51,624 bases of DNA, from NCBI GenBank assembly GCA_945861225.1, contig CAMATU010000003.1, positions 1 through 51,624 of the forward strand, in the 5' to 3' direction. The notes under the pieces are model-generated. The model had not been told where the DNA came from. It ran no database searches and saw only the letters and a list, made by a program, of their open reading frames with translations. A program made the translations under genes and the position numbers. Source of the DNA: Klebsiella pneumoniae (GTDB lineage Bacteria; Pseudomonadota; Gammaproteobacteria; Ga0077536). Positions 49,496-51,624 of this stretch are shown here, one piece after another (positions within the stretch are counted from its first letter, which is position 1; the number at the start of each line of letters is the position of its first letter).

Positions 49496-49823
49496 ACGAC
49501 GTCACAGGCGGCCGTGTTAGGAAGGGGGAAGCCCATCCAGCCATGCTGGTGAGCTTCCGCAGCGTCTTCTTCTTGCCACCCCGTTCAGCATGGGATACAT
49601 CGCCACCGGCGAGGCGCTGACGGCCTGTGGCCTCGCTGCTGCGTCTTGGCTGCGCACCGGCCGACCGGCCGCACACGCGTGCGCCGCGCCACCTCAACGG
49701 GGCTGTGCTTCGCTTGGCGTTGCCGGCGCATTCTTGAGGTGCTGTACAAGCTACAGCTCTACATGGCGGTCGAGAATGCGACGGAGCTGGGTGCTACGGC
49801 GATGGATTTGGCCTAAATCTCAG

Positions 49824-49853
49824 AGCCCCGCCCCGTGCGGGGCTTTTTCTTTT
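49824..49853 (+). terminator. Rho-independent terminator
   Basis: AGCCCCGC-CCCGT-GCGGGGCT followed by TTTTCTTTT. Confidence 0.75.
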
Positions 49854-49868
49854 CCGCGCGCGGAAAGC

Positions 49869-50258
49869 TTACCGACCGAAGTAGAAATACGACCTGTAAT
49901 TAGGGGGGTAATAGCCGTGATAATCCTCGTGATCGTCGTCTAGTTCGCGGTGCATTCCGTTGTGCTGCCAGTTCAACCGATTGTCCTGCCGTGCATGCTC
50001 CTGGCCGAGTTGACCATGCAAGCGTCGGTGTCCCCTGCGCGACATGTAGGGGTTGTAATAATGAGCGGCGCTGTGTTCTTCGCCGAGTTCTTCGTGTACG
50101 TCATCGTGGCGGTTTTCTAAACCCCAGTGGCCTTGGCTGTGGCCTGCGTCGAGTCGATCGTGCTCGTCGCCATGATCATCATCGTAGGCTGCAGCTTGCC
50201 CAGCGACGCCCACTGATAAGACCGCCGATACCAGCAATGCGCGCAGATATTTCGACAT
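49869..50258 (-). CDS. Secreted His/acidic-rich repeat protein
   Basis: AAGGAG RBS, signal peptide ending QAAA, repeated HxxxHxxLxxxH and an aromatic C-terminus. Confidence 0.8.
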   Translation of the reverse strand: MSKYLRALLVSAVLSVGVAGQAAAYDDDHGDEHDRLDAGHSQGHWGLENRHDDVHEELGEEHSAAHYYNPYMSRRGHRRLHGQLGQEHARQDNRLNWQHNGMHRELDDDHEDYHGYYPPNYRSYFYFGR

Positions 50259-50381
50259 GACTTGCTCCTTGGTTAGTCTTAAGGACTTTGCGTAATCGGG
50301 TCCTTGGCACGCTTGGAACGCTAATGGAAAGCGGCTGAATCTGCGGTGAATTGCGGTGCGAATCTTTGGGGTAGAAAAAGC

Positions 50382-50603
50382 TCAGCCAATACCTACCTTC
50401 ATAGCGATTTTTCTGTCCTGTCGTCGGAGATTAGTTGCTGGTCTGATAGTGCTTCGATTAAGGCTCGATGACCGAGCGCGAGTTGCGCCTGCCTCGAACT
50501 CGTCCAAAAATCGTAACGCTATAGCTCGACCGGCCTCTCGGCGATAGAAGTGGATTGCATCCGCGAGGTCAAGTTCAGCGCCACGGTGAAGGGTGTAGCT
50601 CAA
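50382..50603 (-). pseudogene. RelE/ParE-family toxin, truncated
   Basis: MSYTLHRGAELDLADAIHFY...ALRFLDEFE is a ParE-like N-terminus. Similarity is lost after ~40 aa. Confidence 0.7.
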
Positions 50604-50824
50604 CGGAGTTCAGATCGAATTCTTTCAACCACCTCTGGACCTGATACAGGAACCGATGCACCACTTTCGATTTCTGCGTCGCGCAGAGCGGCAAGTTTGT
50701 CCCAGGCCTCGTCTCGCGCTGTATCTACGTCAAGACTAGCGACCACTCGATCAAGGAGTCGAGCACGCTCGACAGACGGCAGACAGAGCAGCTCTGCCTC
50801 CAATACTTCGATGGGCAGCGACAT
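50600..50824 (-). CDS. Putative addiction-module antitoxin component
   Basis: LLCLPSVERARLLDRVVASLD...AW...RDAEIESG..VP..EV pattern. The stop overlaps the toxin start. Confidence 0.85.
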   Translation of the reverse strand: MSLPIEVLEAELLCLPSVERARLLDRVVASLDVDTARDEAWDKLAALRDAEIESGASVPVSGPEVVERIRSELR

Positions 50825-50912
50825 GGTAGTGACCTCTAACGCTTATAGTGAGCGCCAACAGTTTGGCTTGCCGGAGACATACAGCGCACAAAACAAAGGT
50901 GATGTTCGCGAG

Positions 50913-51001
50913 GCCCAACGCGCCGATGAGCGGCGCGGGCCACCGAACCAAAAACCCGGATGCCAGACCGTCACCGCGTCGGCTCGATTGGCTTTTTGGA
51001 C
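50913..51001 (-). mobile_element. Integron attC site (R'' degenerate)
   Basis: Minus strand GTCCAAa-AAGCCAATCGAGCCGACGCGG...CCGCGCCGCTCATCGGCGC-GTTGGGC is an imperfect palindrome with unpaired C and A (G and T on the bottom strand). It begins 6 nt after the hicA stop. Confidence 0.75.
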
Positions 51002-51007
51002 GGCTCG

Positions 51008-51220
51008 CTACAAATCATCAGGAGTTAAGCCGGTGTGCTTGGCGATTCAAGCTAACATCTTTGGACCAATTTCGTCGGTGTCATGAAAAGCGAAAACGAA
51101 ATTGATCCAGTTTTCGCGTTCCATCGTTCGGTGTGATCCAGATTGACGTTTTGTGCGCCACCCAATCTTGTGCAAAGCGGATAGCACTCGGCTAGCCTTC
51201 GATGAAGGCCAGCGACTCAT
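51008..51220 (-). pseudogene. hicA: HicA-family toxin with premature stop (absent from the ORF track)
   Basis: MSRWPSSKASRVLSALHKIGWRTKRQSGSHRTM...FAFHDTDEIGPKMLA*IAKHTGLTPDDL. TGA at codon 58 (51047-51049). Confidence 0.85.
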
Positions 51221-51420
51221 GCGGGAATAGAAATATTGATCGCGTGCGGGCCGTTTTCTTCGTGCTCAAGGCGCTCGGCTAGAACTCGCAACGCCAGTAT
51301 TTCCGCGCGGGTCATCGCTTCGTCACGACTCCCACCGTAGGCGAGAACTCCAGGTAATTCGGGGACCTCGGCGAGCCAACGCCCGTCTTCTTCAAGTTCG
51401 CATTCCAGACTGAACATCAT
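51217..51420 (-). CDS. hicB: HicB-family antitoxin
   Basis: ELEEDGRWLAEVPELPGVLAYG.SRDEA. ATGA overlap with hicA. Confidence 0.9.
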   Translation of the reverse strand: MMFSLECELEEDGRWLAEVPELPGVLAYGGSRDEAMTRAEILALRVLAERLEHEENGPHAINISIPA

Positions 51421-51471
51421 GACGGCTTCCTCTTATTGGCTCTGCAAATTCTACACCGCGCCAAACTAGAC

Positions 51472-51540
51472 GCCCAACTTTGAAATGGACGACGAAATCG
51501 TCGCCGAATAAAACGACGATTGTGTCTGATAAAACGGTGA
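51472..51540 (-). mobile_element. Putative integron attI site
   Basis: Minus strand ...ACAATCGTCGTTTTATTCGGCGACGATTTCGTCGTCCATTTCAAA|GTTGGGC has an AAA-GTTRRRY core and short repeats, and no attC-type R'' partner. A divergent RBS+ATG follows at 51615. Confidence 0.5.
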
Positions 51541-51624
51541 AGCGCGGTCATCATCTTGATTTGACTATAGCTGCTGGTTTTTAATGGAGCAACGAATCAG
51601 CGGAGGACCGCGACATGGATGTCG

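Noticed and set aside
49741-49757. LexA box near the SRAP remnant (GCTGTACAAGCTACAGC)
   Set aside because: The CTG-CAG spacer is 9 nt rather than 10. It is only a short palindrome.
51047-51049. Selenocysteine or readthrough TGA in hicA
   Set aside because: The position corresponds to a basic residue (MLARIAK-type context), not Cys. A simple nonsense mutation is more likely.

Overview
GC-rich proteobacterial DNA, probably gammaproteobacterial (GTAG-type REPs, VPxPA-CTERM protein), in three zones. (1) 1-10.4 kb: apparently resident genes, namely the 3' end of a large TPR protein, a GST, an LLM oxidoreductase, a nitronate monooxygenase, a RIO1 kinase, a Baeyer-Villiger monooxygenase, an SDR and a molybdopterin oxidoreductase. 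(2) 10.5-12.9 kb: a vapBC module, a collapsed xfp/HAD/chrB pseudogene mosaic, and the 3' half of a tRNA-Arg(UCG) that looks like an island att site. (3) 12.9-51.6 kb: a large accreted island. It holds a ~21 kb copper/silver cluster (copB remnant, orphan ATP-grasp enzyme, Met-rich protein, P1B ATPase, LemA/TPM, cytochrome c, multicopper oxidase split at a C8 tract, two TolC proteins, cusBA, and two Cys/Pro-rich leader ORFs), an anti-sigma pair, a terB-terC-voltage-gated channel-GGDEF unit, nhaA inside a split IS91-type transposase, sigma32-preceded hflKC and a His-repeat secreted protein. The right edge looks like the start of an integron array (attI-like site, one clear attC, TA cassettes with broken toxins). 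Many genes are eroded by internal deletions at short direct repeats. Best candidates for new biology: the TLEGWGD-filter channel coupled to TerC, the leader-ORF-controlled copper operons with no transcriptional regulator in view, and the orphan ATP-grasp ligase. All family calls come from motif recognition, not database searches.
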